Source of the DNA: an uncultured Planctomycetota bacterium
GTDB taxonomy: Bacteria; Planctomycetota; Planctomycetia; Isosphaerales; Isosphaeraceae
Assembly: GCA_963845755.1 (NCBI GenBank)
Contig: CAWJTV010000028.1
Coordinates: forward strand, 352,001 to 416,000
Reading direction: 5' to 3'
DNA: 64,000 bases
The notes beneath the pieces were generated by a model that saw nothing but the letters and a program-made list of their open reading frames with translations, had not been told where the DNA came from and made no database searches. Both the position numbers and the translations under genes were made by a program. Shown one piece after another: positions 21,908-31,817 of the stretch (its first letter is position 1; the number at the start of each line of letters is the position of its first letter).

Positions 21908-22723
21908 TCAGAGGGCTCGCGCCGCACCGCCCAGCGGGACGCGCGCCGGGGCCGAACGCGGCGCGGGTGCAGGCGTTTGGGCTCCGTTCGGCTTCCTCGT
22001 GGGATTCCGGGGCTGCTCGCGCGCATCCTCGGCCTGGGGCGGATCGTTCTCGGGCATCTCCTCGATGATGGTCGGTTTGCGTACGCGCGGCCCCTCACCA
22101 TTGACACCGGCGAGGACATCGGTCATCTCGTCGACGGCGTCCTGGACGTCATGAAGGTCCCGATGGAGCGCGTGAAGCTCGCTCCAGACACGGTCCAGGG
22201 GATCCTCCGAACCGTCTCGATCGGTGATGACCAGCAGGTTATCGTCCGTGACGACGTGATAGGTCAGGCCAAGCTGATCGAGGAGAAGCTTGAGACCCGT
22301 CTTGAGCCGGACGCCATCGAGCTCGAGCTGGACGGTATCCTCGGGTTTCACGTCCTGGCGGCCCAGCGCCGCGAGGTCCAGGACGACGGGCACCTTGAGC
22401 GTCTCCTTGAGGTGGGCGCAGACGCGCGCGATCGACGTCGGGCGGGAGAACGGGAACGGATAGGGACGCACCAGCACGTCATGGACGGTCGGAACGGTCG
22501 ACGCGCTCCCGGCTCCGGGCCGATCCGTCGAGCGATTGTCGGCCCCTGAGGAGTGGGGCGGGCGCGTCAGTTCCTCATGGATCCCTCGATCAGGAGACTG
22601 GACCGGATCGGATCGTTCACCTACAGGCCGGTTCTGCGCCCGAAGTGTCATCCGATCCGAGATGACCAGCCCGATCGAGACGCCGGCCAGAAGCATCAGC
22701 CAGGGAGACAATTTGCGGATCAT
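21908..22723 (-). CDS. Secreted hypothetical protein with secretin/TonB N-terminal (STN)-like domain
   Basis: Signal peptide; VPVVLDLAAL...V.LELDGVRLKTGLKLLLDQLGLTY.V...LLVIT pattern; coiled coil afterwards. Confidence 0.6.
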   Translation of the reverse strand: MIRKLSPWLMLLAGVSIGLVISDRMTLRAQNRPVGERSDPVQSPDRGIHEELTRPPHSSGADNRSTDRPGAGSASTVPTVHDVLVRPYPFPFSRPTSIARVCAHLKETLKVPVVLDLAALGRQDVKPEDTVQLELDGVRLKTGLKLLLDQLGLTYHVVTDDNLLVITDRDGSEDPLDRVWSELHALHRDLHDVQDAVDEMTDVLAGVNGEGPRVRKPTIIEEMPENDPPQAEDAREQPRNPTRKPNGAQTPAPAPRSAPARVPLGGAARAL

Positions 22724-23211
22724 GCCCCGTTCCTCTGGGGTCACCACACGAGCCCGCCGGAACCAGACCCGGTTTCGGACGAACACCGACCGACCGGCCT
22801 GTCCGGACCCTCGTGGCCCGCGATATTGTAACGGAGCGAGCCCCGGGTCACCAGCGAGACCGTCCGGCGCTCGTGCAACATGCTCGTTTGGGATCTCGAC
22901 GACCGACGATTGTCAAGGTTCGAGACTCGCCCGACGCCAGAGCCCGCCACATGCCCTCTCCGCGGGAGAACCGATCCCTCAGCACGGATGCATGCCGACT
23001 GTCTCCGCCAATTCAGGTGGCACGGGCACAAGTCCGCGCGACTCGGGGAGGTGGGGGGCGTGGGCCGGCAATGTCCGGTCGATGAGCTCGCTGGCCATCA
23101 GAGTCGCTCCGGATCCGAAGTGTTTGCGCTCACGCTCCTTGATTCGCTCGGTTCCACCGATTTGCTGCAACATCCGTGGCGGCCGAATTCCCGGGTGGAT
23201 ATGGGGACGCC

Positions 23212-24324
23212 TCAACCAACGAGCCCGGCGCGGAGGGCCGCGTCGATTTCCTCGGCACTGGCAAAACCGAACTCAAGGCGATCGAGCATCAGAGCAGCAG
23301 CGACCGAAGCCCGCTCGGCGGCTGTCCGGATCAAACTCTCCCCCACAACGATCTCGGCGCCGTTCCAGCCGTGGTTGAGCAGCGTGTCGAGGAGCGTCGA
23401 TGCGAACGCTTCGCCGGCCCGGTTGGTATCGCGGGGTGGATGATCGCGGCGGAAGGCGGGAATGTGAATGTTTCGCGACTCGTGGCCGGGCGTGGTAAAC
23501 CACACCGTACTCCCCGAGGGCCCGTCGGTCACGACAAGGATCGAGACGAGCCGGGCGACCTCCGACGAAGACTCCAGCGCCTCCCATTCCCGGCGATTGC
23601 AACTCAGGACATCGATCGCGGAGGCGAAGCTCAGGACATGGCAATCCGTGTCGATCATGTTCCGCATCGCCGGCGCGAAGAACCGGGTCTTGGCAAAGGG
23701 TGCGCGGATCAACGGCACCGCCAGGTGATTCGGTAGCGACGCGACGACTCGCAAATCGCACGTCTCCTCGGCGAACGGAGCGAGCGACTGCCGGGTCAGT
23801 CGCTCGTGACAGCCTCGGAAACCGATCGGCAGCTTGTCGCCATACGGGCCGCTGGTGACCAGCAAGGTCCAATCCGCCGGCGCGTCGAGAACGCGGATCG
23901 GATGATGATCCACGTCGTACCCAACCAGTTTCCGGGCGACCGTCTGACTGCCCGGATCGGTTTCCGGACCCAGGGCGCTATAAAGCCGGCCACCCAGTGC
24001 GGCGGCATAACCGGCTCCCATCCCGCCCAGATCATCGCTCCAGCTAAGGCCGCGGACATACCTCGGGCCACGCAGATCCTTGCAAATCGGCCGTTTCCAG
24101 CGGATCACGCCCGTTGGGCCGGGCCATCCAGCCGGGAGGTCGATGGCGATGGTGTATCCCGAGGGATCGCAGAGGTCGAGCACGGGATCCGAGCCGAACT
24201 TCCAGGCCCCCTCAACGCTCTGATCGAGTGGAGGACTCAGTTCGGGATCGACGAGAGGACGGTCAACGCGAAGCACCTGGTCCAGGTACGCCGGTCCGAA
24301 TACCACTACGCGCCTATGAGTCAC
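23212..24324 (-). CDS. PfkB family carbohydrate kinase
   Basis: VVVFGPAYLD, GGMGAGYAAA, CNRREW, VVTDGPSG, RDTNRAGEAF (variant of DTxGAGD). Confidence 0.78.
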   Translation of the reverse strand: MTHRRVVVFGPAYLDQVLRVDRPLVDPELSPPLDQSVEGAWKFGSDPVLDLCDPSGYTIAIDLPAGWPGPTGVIRWKRPICKDLRGPRYVRGLSWSDDLGGMGAGYAAALGGRLYSALGPETDPGSQTVARKLVGYDVDHHPIRVLDAPADWTLLVTSGPYGDKLPIGFRGCHERLTRQSLAPFAEETCDLRVVASLPNHLAVPLIRAPFAKTRFFAPAMRNMIDTDCHVLSFASAIDVLSCNRREWEALESSSEVARLVSILVVTDGPSGSTVWFTTPGHESRNIHIPAFRRDHPPRDTNRAGEAFASTLLDTLLNHGWNGAEIVVGESLIRTAAERASVAAALMLDRLEFGFASAEEIDAALRAGLVG

Positions 24325-24472
24325 GGGTCGATGGCCTCCCATCCGGGATCGATGCGCCAACGCAGAAAAGCGATCCGTGCGTGGTTCTATCCGCGATGAC
24401 GACTGGATTATACTCGACCCGGGAAAGCTGTCATGGCGCGGGCCAAGAGGAATGTCGCAGAGGAGTTGACTG

Positions 24473-25354
24473 GTGACGTCGGAAATGGAATCGTCGGTAG
24501 AATCACTCGATCACCCGGTGGACAATGCGCCGGTCCGTACGTTGCAACACAAGGCTCTCACGATCGAAGGATACTCGAGAGCCGCGGTACAATCGTACTG
24601 GCGAATCCCGGAGCTGAAGCTGGGCTTCGACCTGGGGGCTCAACCCTGGTCGTTCATGACCACGCCCACCTGGTTCGTGACCCATACGCACCTGGACCAC
24701 GTCGCGGCCTTGCCGGTACTGGTCGCTCGTCGTCGGATGATGAAGATGGAGCCGCCCACCATCTACTTGCCGGCCGAAGCGGTCAACGGCGTCGAGGCCC
24801 TCCTGCGCACCTTTCAACGGCTCGATCGAGGCCGGATGCCCGCACACCTGATCGGGCTCAAGCCCGACGACGAGATCGAGCTCTCCCGCGAGCTGGTCGT
24901 CAAGGCGTTCGCCACCAGGCATACGATCCCGTCCCTGGGCTATCTCGTCTGGGAGCGGCGGAAGAAGCTCAAGCCGGAGTATCAAGACCTGACCGGCGAC
25001 CAGATCCGTGACTTGCGACTCTCGGGAGTCGAGGTCGCGGCCGAACTGCGATTGCCCAAGGTCGCCTATCTGGGAGATACCGCGCCGCCGGGCATCGATG
25101 CGTTCCCCGAAGTCTACAAGGCGCAGGTGTTGATCCTCGAGATGACCTTCGTCGCACCGAACGAGCGCGCGTCGGTGATCCACAAGTTCGGCCACACCCA
25201 TCTCGAGGACCTACTTGAGCGGGCGGACCGGTTCGAGAACGAGGTCATCATCGCCTCCCACTTCAGCACGAGGCTGCATCCGGACCAGATCCTTCGCATT
25301 GTCGAGAAACGGCTCCCGGACACGCTCAAAGGCCGTCTCAAGATCTGGCTCTGA
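24473..25354 (+). CDS. MBL-fold metallo-hydrolase (RNase Z-like)
   Basis: [35 protein letters not shown] motifs. Confidence 0.88.
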   Translation: MTSEMESSVESLDHPVDNAPVRTLQHKALTIEGYSRAAVQSYWRIPELKLGFDLGAQPWSFMTTPTWFVTHTHLDHVAALPVLVARRRMMKMEPPTIYLPAEAVNGVEALLRTFQRLDRGRMPAHLIGLKPDDEIELSRELVVKAFATRHTIPSLGYLVWERRKKLKPEYQDLTGDQIRDLRLSGVEVAAELRLPKVAYLGDTAPPGIDAFPEVYKAQVLILEMTFVAPNERASVIHKFGHTHLEDLLERADRFENEVIIASHFSTRLHPDQILRIVEKRLPDTLKGRLKIWL

Positions 25355-25404
25355 GTCGCCAGGATTCAACAGGGTGAGCCTGGCGGGAGGACCGTCCTCG
25401 ACTT

Positions 25405-27198
25405 TCAGGATGACCGCTTGCCCGGCTTGTGGAGATTCGGGAGAGCGGTCAACTTGATGGTCGAAAGATCGGCCCGAATCGTCTCGATCAGGACCGCCGA
25501 TGTGCTGGGCGTCAACTCCTGGTTCCCGCGATAAACCGCCTGGATCACATTGCGCCCGATCGGCAGCGTCTCGGTGATGAACCTGGCCTTCCCTCGACGA
25601 AGGGGCAGCGTTCCCAGAAGGGTCGTGCCCTCCTCGAACGTGACAGATCCCGTGGGAGTCCCCCGTATCTTGCCGACGATCTCCACGCTGGCGGTCAGAG
25701 TGACTCGGTGACCGAATCTCGCGTTTCGAGAACTCGTGGTCAGGACTGTCTTCGTGCCGTAAGTTCCCAGAGCCGGTGCCGTTGCGGCAGGAGGTGTGGG
25801 TGGGCGTGACGGTGTGGGTGTCGGTGCCGGTGTCGGTGTGGGCGTCGGGGTCGGTGAGGTGGGTGTCGGTGTCGGGCTCGGCGTGGGCGTCGGGCTTGGA
25901 CTAGGCGTGGGCGTGGGTGTCGGGCTTGGACTAGGCGTGGGCGTCGGTGAGGGTGTCGGAGTAGGCGTGGGCGTCGGTGTCGGGCTCGGAGAGGGCGTGG
26001 GCGTTGGGCTTGGCGTCGGCGTCGGTATTGGCGTGGGCGTGGGCGTCGAGGATGTGATGGTTAGAACATCGACGCTATAACTGCTCTGATCCAGGAACCA
26101 GATGTTGCCGTCTGGTCCTGTAGTCATCGAGTTTATAAGGTGTAGCCCAGGGTCGTTGACGAGCGGAAGCGTGTTCGGGATCGGGTACGCAGTAATCGTG
26201 CCATCTACCGTAATCTCTCCGATGTCGTTGCCACTTGCGAAGTACAGATTTTGATCCGAGCCGACGGTGATGCCGCCTAATCCAATTCCATTACCTTGGT
26301 CAACCAGCGGGACGGCGTAGGTATGAAGGACCTGTCCCGAGGTGGACATCACGCCGATGTCGTCCGCGGACTCCTCGGTGAACCAGAGATTCCCGTCTGG
26401 TCCGGCGACGATACCAAGCGGACCATTGTCCCCGGGAACCGTGTACTCGGTGATCACACCTGCGGGAGTGATTTTTCCGATCTGGGAAGCCTCTGTTTCA
26501 ACGAACCAGATGTTTCCGTCAGGTCCGAGAGTGAGTTGATCACCGACACCGATTTCGATGTCGCCGTTTATGCTATTTGCGTTCGGGGTTGGTATCGCAT
26601 AGGAATGGAAAGCACCCGCGGCCGTGAGCTCGCCGATGACGTTATTGGAAGGATCGATCCACCATACCGATCCATCCGGCCCCGTCGTCATGTCGATCGG
26701 CACCGGGGTCGATTCGCCGCTTGCGGTGGGAATCGGAACCATACTGACCTGGCCGCTGGTTGTGATCGTCCCGATGTTGGGGGAATCGCCGTCGCGGTCG
26801 AATGCAAGCGTTCCGTTCGGTCGTTCTGTTATACCGTAGCTCCATTCGTCCCGGACAGGATTCGACAACAAATTGGTCGAGAACGCTGTGACCACCCCGC
26901 TCGGTGTGACCTGATCGATCGCGTAATCAGCGCCGTCGGTGAACCAGACGTTGCCATCTGGTCCCGCGGTGATCTGCCTCAGCGAGCCGTCGGTGGCCAA
27001 GAAGTTCGAAACCCCGGGGCCATGAGGAATCGGGAACTCCGAGATCGATGAGAGGAGCGCCCTTTCCTCGAGTCCTTCCGGCCCCGGCCGAAACCGATGG
27101 CGGTTCGACCAGCCTCCTGGTCTCGAGCCCGCATATCTCCGCGAAAACCGCGCACGAACCCCCTGGATTCGATGGAGGAACATGGATCGATGCTCCAT
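25405..27198 (-). CDS. Extracellular protein: LExRxLLS motif, Vgb-lyase-like beta-propeller repeats, Pro/Thr linker, Ig-like domain
   Basis: GLEERALLS; repeated (I/L)TxGPDGN(I/V/L)WF; (PT/PS)n linker; PTGSVTF...A.Y.G Ig-like C-terminus. Confidence 0.85.
   Translation of the reverse strand: MEHRSMFLHRIQGVRARFSRRYAGSRPGGWSNRHRFRPGPEGLEERALLSSISEFPIPHGPGVSNFLATDGSLRQITAGPDGNVWFTDGADYAIDQVTPSGVVTAFSTNLLSNPVRDEWSYGITERPNGTLAFDRDGDSPNIGTITTSGQVSMVPIPTASGESTPVPIDMTTGPDGSVWWIDPSNNVIGELTAAGAFHSYAIPTPNANSINGDIEIGVGDQLTLGPDGNIWFVETEASQIGKITPAGVITEYTVPGDNGPLGIVAGPDGNLWFTEESADDIGVMSTSGQVLHTYAVPLVDQGNGIGLGGITVGSDQNLYFASGNDIGEITVDGTITAYPIPNTLPLVNDPGLHLINSMTTGPDGNIWFLDQSSYSVDVLTITSSTPTPTPIPTPTPSPTPTPSPSPTPTPTPTPTPSPTPTPSPSPTPTPTPSPSPTPTPSPTPTPTSPTPTPTPTPAPTPTPSRPPTPPAATAPALGTYGTKTVLTTSSRNARFGHRVTLTASVEIVGKIRGTPTGSVTFEEGTTLLGTLPLRRGKARFITETLPIGRNVIQAVYRGNQELTPSTSAVLIETIRADLSTIKLTALPNLHKPGKRSS
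25790..26046 (-). repeat. Coding low-complexity Pro-Thr/Pro-Ser repeat linker
   Basis: ggcgtgggcgtc-type hexamer tandem repeats encoding [10 protein letters not shown]... Confidence 0.9.
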
Positions 27199-27225
27199 GA
27201 CGGGGAATCAGAGGCTGCCTGATGA

Positions 27226-27810
27226 ATGGACGAGTCCGCTGGTTCATGCCGATATAGGCGGAATCTGAATTCAGAGTTTACTTCCGTTAACTCTCTCTGT
27301 CATGGGTGTGATCGAAGATTTTCTGAGTCGAGGCTCAAGATCCCCGATCGGGATCATTTCGCTCATCGGGGTCTTGACGTGGCACGGCTGGAGATCCACC
27401 CGGAGGGTTGGTCGTCGATGTGGGCGCTGGGCAAGATCTACCAGCTCCTCGGTGACCCGGACATGGCGTTCGTGTGGTTCGCCAAGGCCAATACAGAGAG
27501 GCCCAATCACCCGGACCTGGTGCGGGACGCCGGTAGGGCTGCAATGGAGATCGGGCGCGCCGAGGAGGCGCTGGCGCTGTGTCGGGCGGCGGTGGCGTTC
27601 GGGCCAGATGATCCCGTGCTGGTCCGCAACCTGGCGCTCGCCCACTGCCTGGCGGGCGAGGACATGGAGGCCGGGCGGTGTGAGGCACAGACGGTCCAGC
27701 TCGACCGGGACGACATCGACTCGGCCATGGTTCTGGACCTCGTCCGGGACGTGGTGGCGGGCCGACGGCGGCGGCCCAGGACCCTCAAGGAGGTGTTCCG
27801 ATGCGAGTAG
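27226..27810 (+). CDS. Tetratricopeptide-repeat protein (possibly 5'-truncated)
   Basis: WALGKIYQLLGD...A, GRAEEALALCRAAV, NLALAHCLAG TPR-like helices; N-terminal ~50 codons look non-coding. Confidence 0.55.
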   Translation: MDESAGSCRYRRNLNSEFTSVNSLCHGCDRRFSESRLKIPDRDHFAHRGLDVARLEIHPEGWSSMWALGKIYQLLGDPDMAFVWFAKANTERPNHPDLVRDAGRAAMEIGRAEEALALCRAAVAFGPDDPVLVRNLALAHCLAGEDMEAGRCEAQTVQLDRDDIDSAMVLDLVRDVVAGRRRRPRTLKEVFRCE

Positions 27811-28000
27811 CGGTCCAGCCGAGCCAGTCGTCACAGCGGATCCGGCTGGTCGATTAAGCCGTAAACGATGAACCTTAGTTGGCGCGGACATCCGGGCGCG
27901 GGACGATGGCGGGACGTGTCACGGGTGATCCAGAGTCCAGCGTTTCCAGTCGAGCCCGGGGAGAGATGCCTTGGGATCATACTTGCCTCCTTTGCATGAC

Positions 28001-28876
28001 ATGGACATCGACGGGCTGGCAAAACAGCCGACCAGGAGGCTTCCCGCCGCGAGTACAACCCGGCTGGTCGCCATGGTCGCCCTTATCGGCATGGTGGGGG
28101 TCGCCTTGTCGATCTACTGGTCCCTCCGGGCGGGAGGAGCCGCCCGCTCTATTCCTGTTCTATCCGCTCAGAGTCTGTCTCGGAAGGTGTTTGTAGGGTG
28201 CTCTGTGAGCACCGAGACGGTGTACTTTTCCGAATTCGGTGCTCACAGAGCACCCTACAAGACGGCCGATGAGGCTTCCGGGACAGACTCTCAGAGGGCG
28301 AGGCCGTCCGTTGGTAGGCCGTTGTTCGCCGACGCCCTCACTTCAGACCTAAAGCAGAGCCTACCAAAGTCTCAACTCAGCCTCGCCGCCGATATCAGGA
28401 CAGCCGAAGAACGGGGCAGAGACGCATTATGGGAATCCCACGAGGCACTTGGCATCCACCCGAGCGCCTCGCAGAAATCCGCCTCCGAGAGCCTGGGGCT
28501 ACACATTGCGCCCGGCCGAGCGATCGATGGCTGGTTGATGCGTGTGCATTGGTCGATCCTACGCGATCGAGGTGGCAGCTCCAAGTACGATTACACCGCT
28601 GTCCCGCCAATCTACGAATTGACATTTTGTTTCCCCGACAAGTTGGCCGGTTACGAGGTCTGGCTCTGGGGACACAACTATGACTTCCGATCCAGGGGAT
28701 TCACGTGCCTCAACAGAAAGTTCGAGGCCATCAAAGAAGGGGATTGGGTGAAGGTGTTCGGAGTCGTGCGGCCGGGCTCTCGGATGGAGTGGGAGGGGAC
28801 CAAATCGGACGATTTTCTCTCCCTGGGCGAGGTGACGATCTCCGACATAGAAAGGGTGGAGGAGGTTCGAGAGTAG
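28001..28876 (+). CDS. Hypothetical protein with N-terminal TM
   Basis: Long ORF; TM LVAMVALIGMVGVALSIYWSL; lower GC than neighbours. Confidence 0.55.
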   Translation: MDIDGLAKQPTRRLPAASTTRLVAMVALIGMVGVALSIYWSLRAGGAARSIPVLSAQSLSRKVFVGCSVSTETVYFSEFGAHRAPYKTADEASGTDSQRARPSVGRPLFADALTSDLKQSLPKSQLSLAADIRTAEERGRDALWESHEALGIHPSASQKSASESLGLHIAPGRAIDGWLMRVHWSILRDRGGSSKYDYTAVPPIYELTFCFPDKLAGYEVWLWGHNYDFRSRGFTCLNRKFEAIKEGDWVKVFGVVRPGSRMEWEGTKSDDFLSLGEVTISDIERVEEVRE

Positions 28877-28952
28877 GGCGATAAACGTGATACTGGCGTT
28901 TAAAGTATGAACTATAGTTGACCCGAATATTCGTCCTGACGGAGCCTCAGCC

Positions 28953-29219
28953 ATGCGACTGCGCCGGATGACGACGCAGCGGTGGATGGTCGCGGTGCTG
29001 GTCGCCTCCCTGGGGCTCGGGGCCGTCGTGACCGTGCGGGGGTCGGCCCACTACATGCGGCTCGCCGCGTTCCACGCGCAATTAGCCCATCACCTGCATT
29101 CCAAGACCGGCCCTTCGGGGGACCCGAAGCTTGCCGACCATCACGAGAGGCTGGCGCCTCGGTACGAGCGGGCGGCGGCCCGGCCCTGGTTGAGCGTCGA
29201 TCCGGAGACGTCGGAGTGA
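28953..29219 (+). CDS. Small membrane protein (MTTxRWM ... YERAAARPW family)
   Basis: SD ggag; MRLRRMTTQRWMVAVLV TM; C-terminal RYERAAARPWLSVDP. Confidence 0.7.
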   Translation: MRLRRMTTQRWMVAVLVASLGLGAVVTVRGSAHYMRLAAFHAQLAHHLHSKTGPSGDPKLADHHERLAPRYERAAARPWLSVDPETSE

Positions 29220-29224
29220 ACCCC

Positions 29225-29619
29225 ATGCCGCGGATACCCCGGATGACGACGCGGCGGTGGATGATCGTGGTGGCGGTCGTCGGCGTTATCCTGACCGCAG
29301 CCCGACTGGTCTATCTCTGGCGGCATTACCAGGCACTCGCGGCGATGCACGCCAGCGAAGAAGTCGCCTACATCCGACAGGCGAGGGATACGAGCGCAAA
29401 CAGGACTGGTGCGCCCAGCAAGCCACCACCGCCCATCTCCAGTCCGCATCCGTCCGGAGCAGTACGTGGGAACGGCTGGCGACTTCAAGCGGTGCCATCG
29501 CACATGACCTGCGGCAGCTCGCTGCCTACAAGTCTCGATTAAAGAGCAAGTACGAGCGCACCGCCGCCCGCCCCTGGTTCCCCGTTGAGGCCGACCCGCC
29601 GGGGCCGCTGGAGCCGTAA
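29225..29619 (+). CDS. Paralogue of preceding small membrane protein; frameshift near 29385
   Basis: MPRIPRMTTRRWMIVVAVV...; other frame ends KYERTAARPWFPVEADPPGPLEP. Confidence 0.68.
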
Positions 29620-29724
29620 GCGGTGATCCATAGTTGGCGCGGACGGTCGGGGGTGGGACGATGTCGGGACGTGGAACGGGTGATCCACAAACGAGGTTTA
29701 CCACTTCATCTCGGAGCACGCATC

Positions 29725-30144
29725 ATGTTAAACCGAGCGCGAAGAGTCGGCTTGCTCCTGGGAATTTGCGCGGTGGCAGCGGCGCTGGCCCCGGCCGCAT
29801 CACAGGCTCCGGACCCCAAGAAGTCTCTGGCTCAAGAGCAACTCGGGCTGGCTCGAGACGCCCTCAAAGTGCTTAACCAGATGTACAAGAACGGGCAAGT
29901 GTCGCTCGATGATCCCAGGATTGCTGTCTGGGAGCACCGCCAGGTCGAGGCCGTCCGCGACGCCGGAGCCGGCCGGGCCGAATTCATCGCCGCCCTCGAA
30001 GGCTACGTTACGCACAAGAGGGATTGGCAGCGGATCGCGGAGGAGCGTCATCGGGCGGCGCGAGTCGCCGAGGTGGACGTCCTTGACGCGAAATACCGCG
30101 TCCTAGATGCCGAGATGTGGCTGAACCAAGAGAAGGCCCGCTGA
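29725..30144 (+). CDS. Secreted helical hypothetical protein
   Basis: SD ggag; signal peptide; helical domain ending DAKYRVLDAEMWL. Confidence 0.65.
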   Translation: MLNRARRVGLLLGICAVAAALAPAASQAPDPKKSLAQEQLGLARDALKVLNQMYKNGQVSLDDPRIAVWEHRQVEAVRDAGAGRAEFIAALEGYVTHKRDWQRIAEERHRAARVAEVDVLDAKYRVLDAEMWLNQEKAR

Positions 30145-30277
30145 GGGGCTGGCGAACTCCCGCGCGCAACGCCTCGACTCTGGTCGAGACGTGACACGCG
30201 GTCCTTGGCGCGGCAGGAATGCGTAAAAGGTGATCCGGTATCGAGAGCTGACAGTCAAGCTCGCCGAGGGTCAGACC

Positions 30278-30997
30278 ATGCAAATGCACCGGCCTCGCTT
30301 CAGAATACGTTCTCTGCTACTCATCACGGCCTTGATCGGGGGTGTACTGGCTATCTACATACATCGCGTCCAGCGCCAGCGACAGACCGTCTCCTGGGTC
30401 TCGGACCTGGGAGGATCTGTCAAGTACGACTATCAGAAGGATTCGATTGACCACGCAAACGTTTTCAATCCCAGGGCGACTGAGCCAGGGCCGGGGTGGC
30501 TTCGGCAGGCGGTCGGCAAAGAGTTCTTTCAGGACGTTGTGATGATCGACCTGGCCGGGAAGCCGGTCACCGACACGGACCTGGAGGAGTTGAAGAAACT
30601 GCCGAAGCTCGAGAATCTGAATCTGAGCAACACGCGAGTTACCAGCGCCGGTCTGGTCCACCTCGCGGAGCTGAAGAACCTCAAGTGGTTATCCCTCTGG
30701 AACACGCAGGTGGATGACGACGGCCTACAGCATCTCGCGAGGTTGACCAAGCTCCAGTCGCTTCTTCTCGATGGGACCAAGGTGACCGATTCGGGCCTTA
30801 AGCATCTCGAAGGGTTGAAGGAACTTGATGAGTGGCTTGGACTTGTCGGCACCGGGGTGACCGATTGGGGTCTGGTGCACCTGAGGGGGTTGACCAAACT
30901 GCGACAAGTGAACGTTCGTCAGACCAAGGTTACGGCTGCCGGAGCGAAGGATTTAAAAAAGTATCTTCCAGATGCAATGATATCTTATGGCGAATAA
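30278..30997 (+). CDS. Membrane-anchored leucine-rich-repeat protein
   Basis: RPRFRIRSLLL N-terminus + TM; LxxLxLxxTxVTDxGLxHL repeats. Confidence 0.9.
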   Translation: MQMHRPRFRIRSLLLITALIGGVLAIYIHRVQRQRQTVSWVSDLGGSVKYDYQKDSIDHANVFNPRATEPGPGWLRQAVGKEFFQDVVMIDLAGKPVTDTDLEELKKLPKLENLNLSNTRVTSAGLVHLAELKNLKWLSLWNTQVDDDGLQHLARLTKLQSLLLDGTKVTDSGLKHLEGLKELDEWLGLVGTGVTDWGLVHLRGLTKLRQVNVRQTKVTAAGAKDLKKYLPDAMISYGE

Positions 30998-31168
30998 GCG
31001 AGCCGTCACAGCAAGCATTTGATGAACACGTCGATCACACCGACGCGCGTAACACGTAACCATTCCGATCCGCCTTGAACCTACCAATCGTTCATACCCG
31101 TCCTGAACGATTGGGCGCCCTATCTTGATGCCTCCGTCCCAGAGAGCTTAGCCATTTCAGGATTGATG

Positions 31169-31205
31169 CCACGAGATTTCGTGTGCGTCCATGAAATCTC
31201 GTTGG
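31169..31205. promoter_or_regulatory. Paired palindromic boxes (CCACGAnATnTCGT-like), candidate enhancer for the FhlA-like activator
   Basis: ccacgagatttcgtg at 31169 and ccatgaaatctcgttgg at 31189, 20-bp period; same motif pair recurs at 34030/34050. Confidence 0.55.
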
Positions 31206-31314
31206 CGCGGATCTAAAGGTGATTCATGACAGTCCTGGGACTGACACCAGAGACATGCTCCAAAATACGTTGAAGTGAGACGTTGCGGCCGCGCACCGGA
31301 AACGACGCGAGGAA

Positions 31315-31330
31315 CGGCATGGCCTTCGCT
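31315..31330 (+). promoter_or_regulatory. Sigma-54 -24/-12 promoter candidate upstream of STAS gene
   Basis: CGGCATGGCCTTCGCT: GG at 31316-17, GC at 31328-29 (GG-N10-GC). Confidence 0.55.
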
Positions 31331-31369
31331 TGTACCTTTGCAGTCAAGAACCAATGAACTGGGTTACCG

Positions 31370-31642
31370 ATGCTGAGAATTTCGGTTTCCGAACAGGCCC
31401 CGTCGTGCCGCATCATCAAACTCGAAGGCAAGCTGCTCCAAGCGTGGATTGATGAGGTGCGCCGCCTTTGCGTCGAGACCGAGGAAGGTTCATTTCCCAG
31501 CCTTGATTTGTCAAGTCTTAGTTTTGTAGACCGTGCCGGCGCCGAAATGTTGCAGCAGCTTCTGCGGCAAGGTGTTCGGATTCACTCCTGGTCTCCGTTC
31601 GTGGCGGAGTTGCTGCATTTGGACCGCGAAGCAAATCCCTAA
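31370..31642 (+). CDS. STAS-domain (anti-sigma antagonist-like) protein
   Basis: MLRIS...LEGKL...LDLSSLSFVDRAG...SPFVAELL. Confidence 0.8.
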   Translation: MLRISVSEQAPSCRIIKLEGKLLQAWIDEVRRLCVETEEGSFPSLDLSSLSFVDRAGAEMLQQLLRQGVRIHSWSPFVAELLHLDREANP

Positions 31643-31667
31643 CGCGACCTTCGGCCGCAACCCCATC

Positions 31668-31750
31668 GGGATTCCCGATTCGCGATTCCGGATTCCCGAA
31701 GGGGAATGATCCGGGAATCGGGAATCTCGAATCCGGAATTCGGAATTCCC
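31668..31750. repeat. Inverted array of short heptamer repeats (gattccc/gattcgc vs ggaatcg/ggaattc)
   Basis: About 4 gattc-type units followed by about 5 gaat(c/t)-type units in inverted orientation between convergent genes. Confidence 0.65.
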
Positions 31751-31817
31751 AGATGCGCGCACGCCGCAGGGAGCCTTCGGTGGAAGACTCTAAACTCATG
31801 ATCGAATGACCTCCCGG

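Noticed and set aside
25796..26080. Gly-Val repeat ORF, or a CRISPR-like array
   Set aside because: It is the antisense of the Pro/Thr linker; hexamer periodicity with no unique spacers and no cas genes
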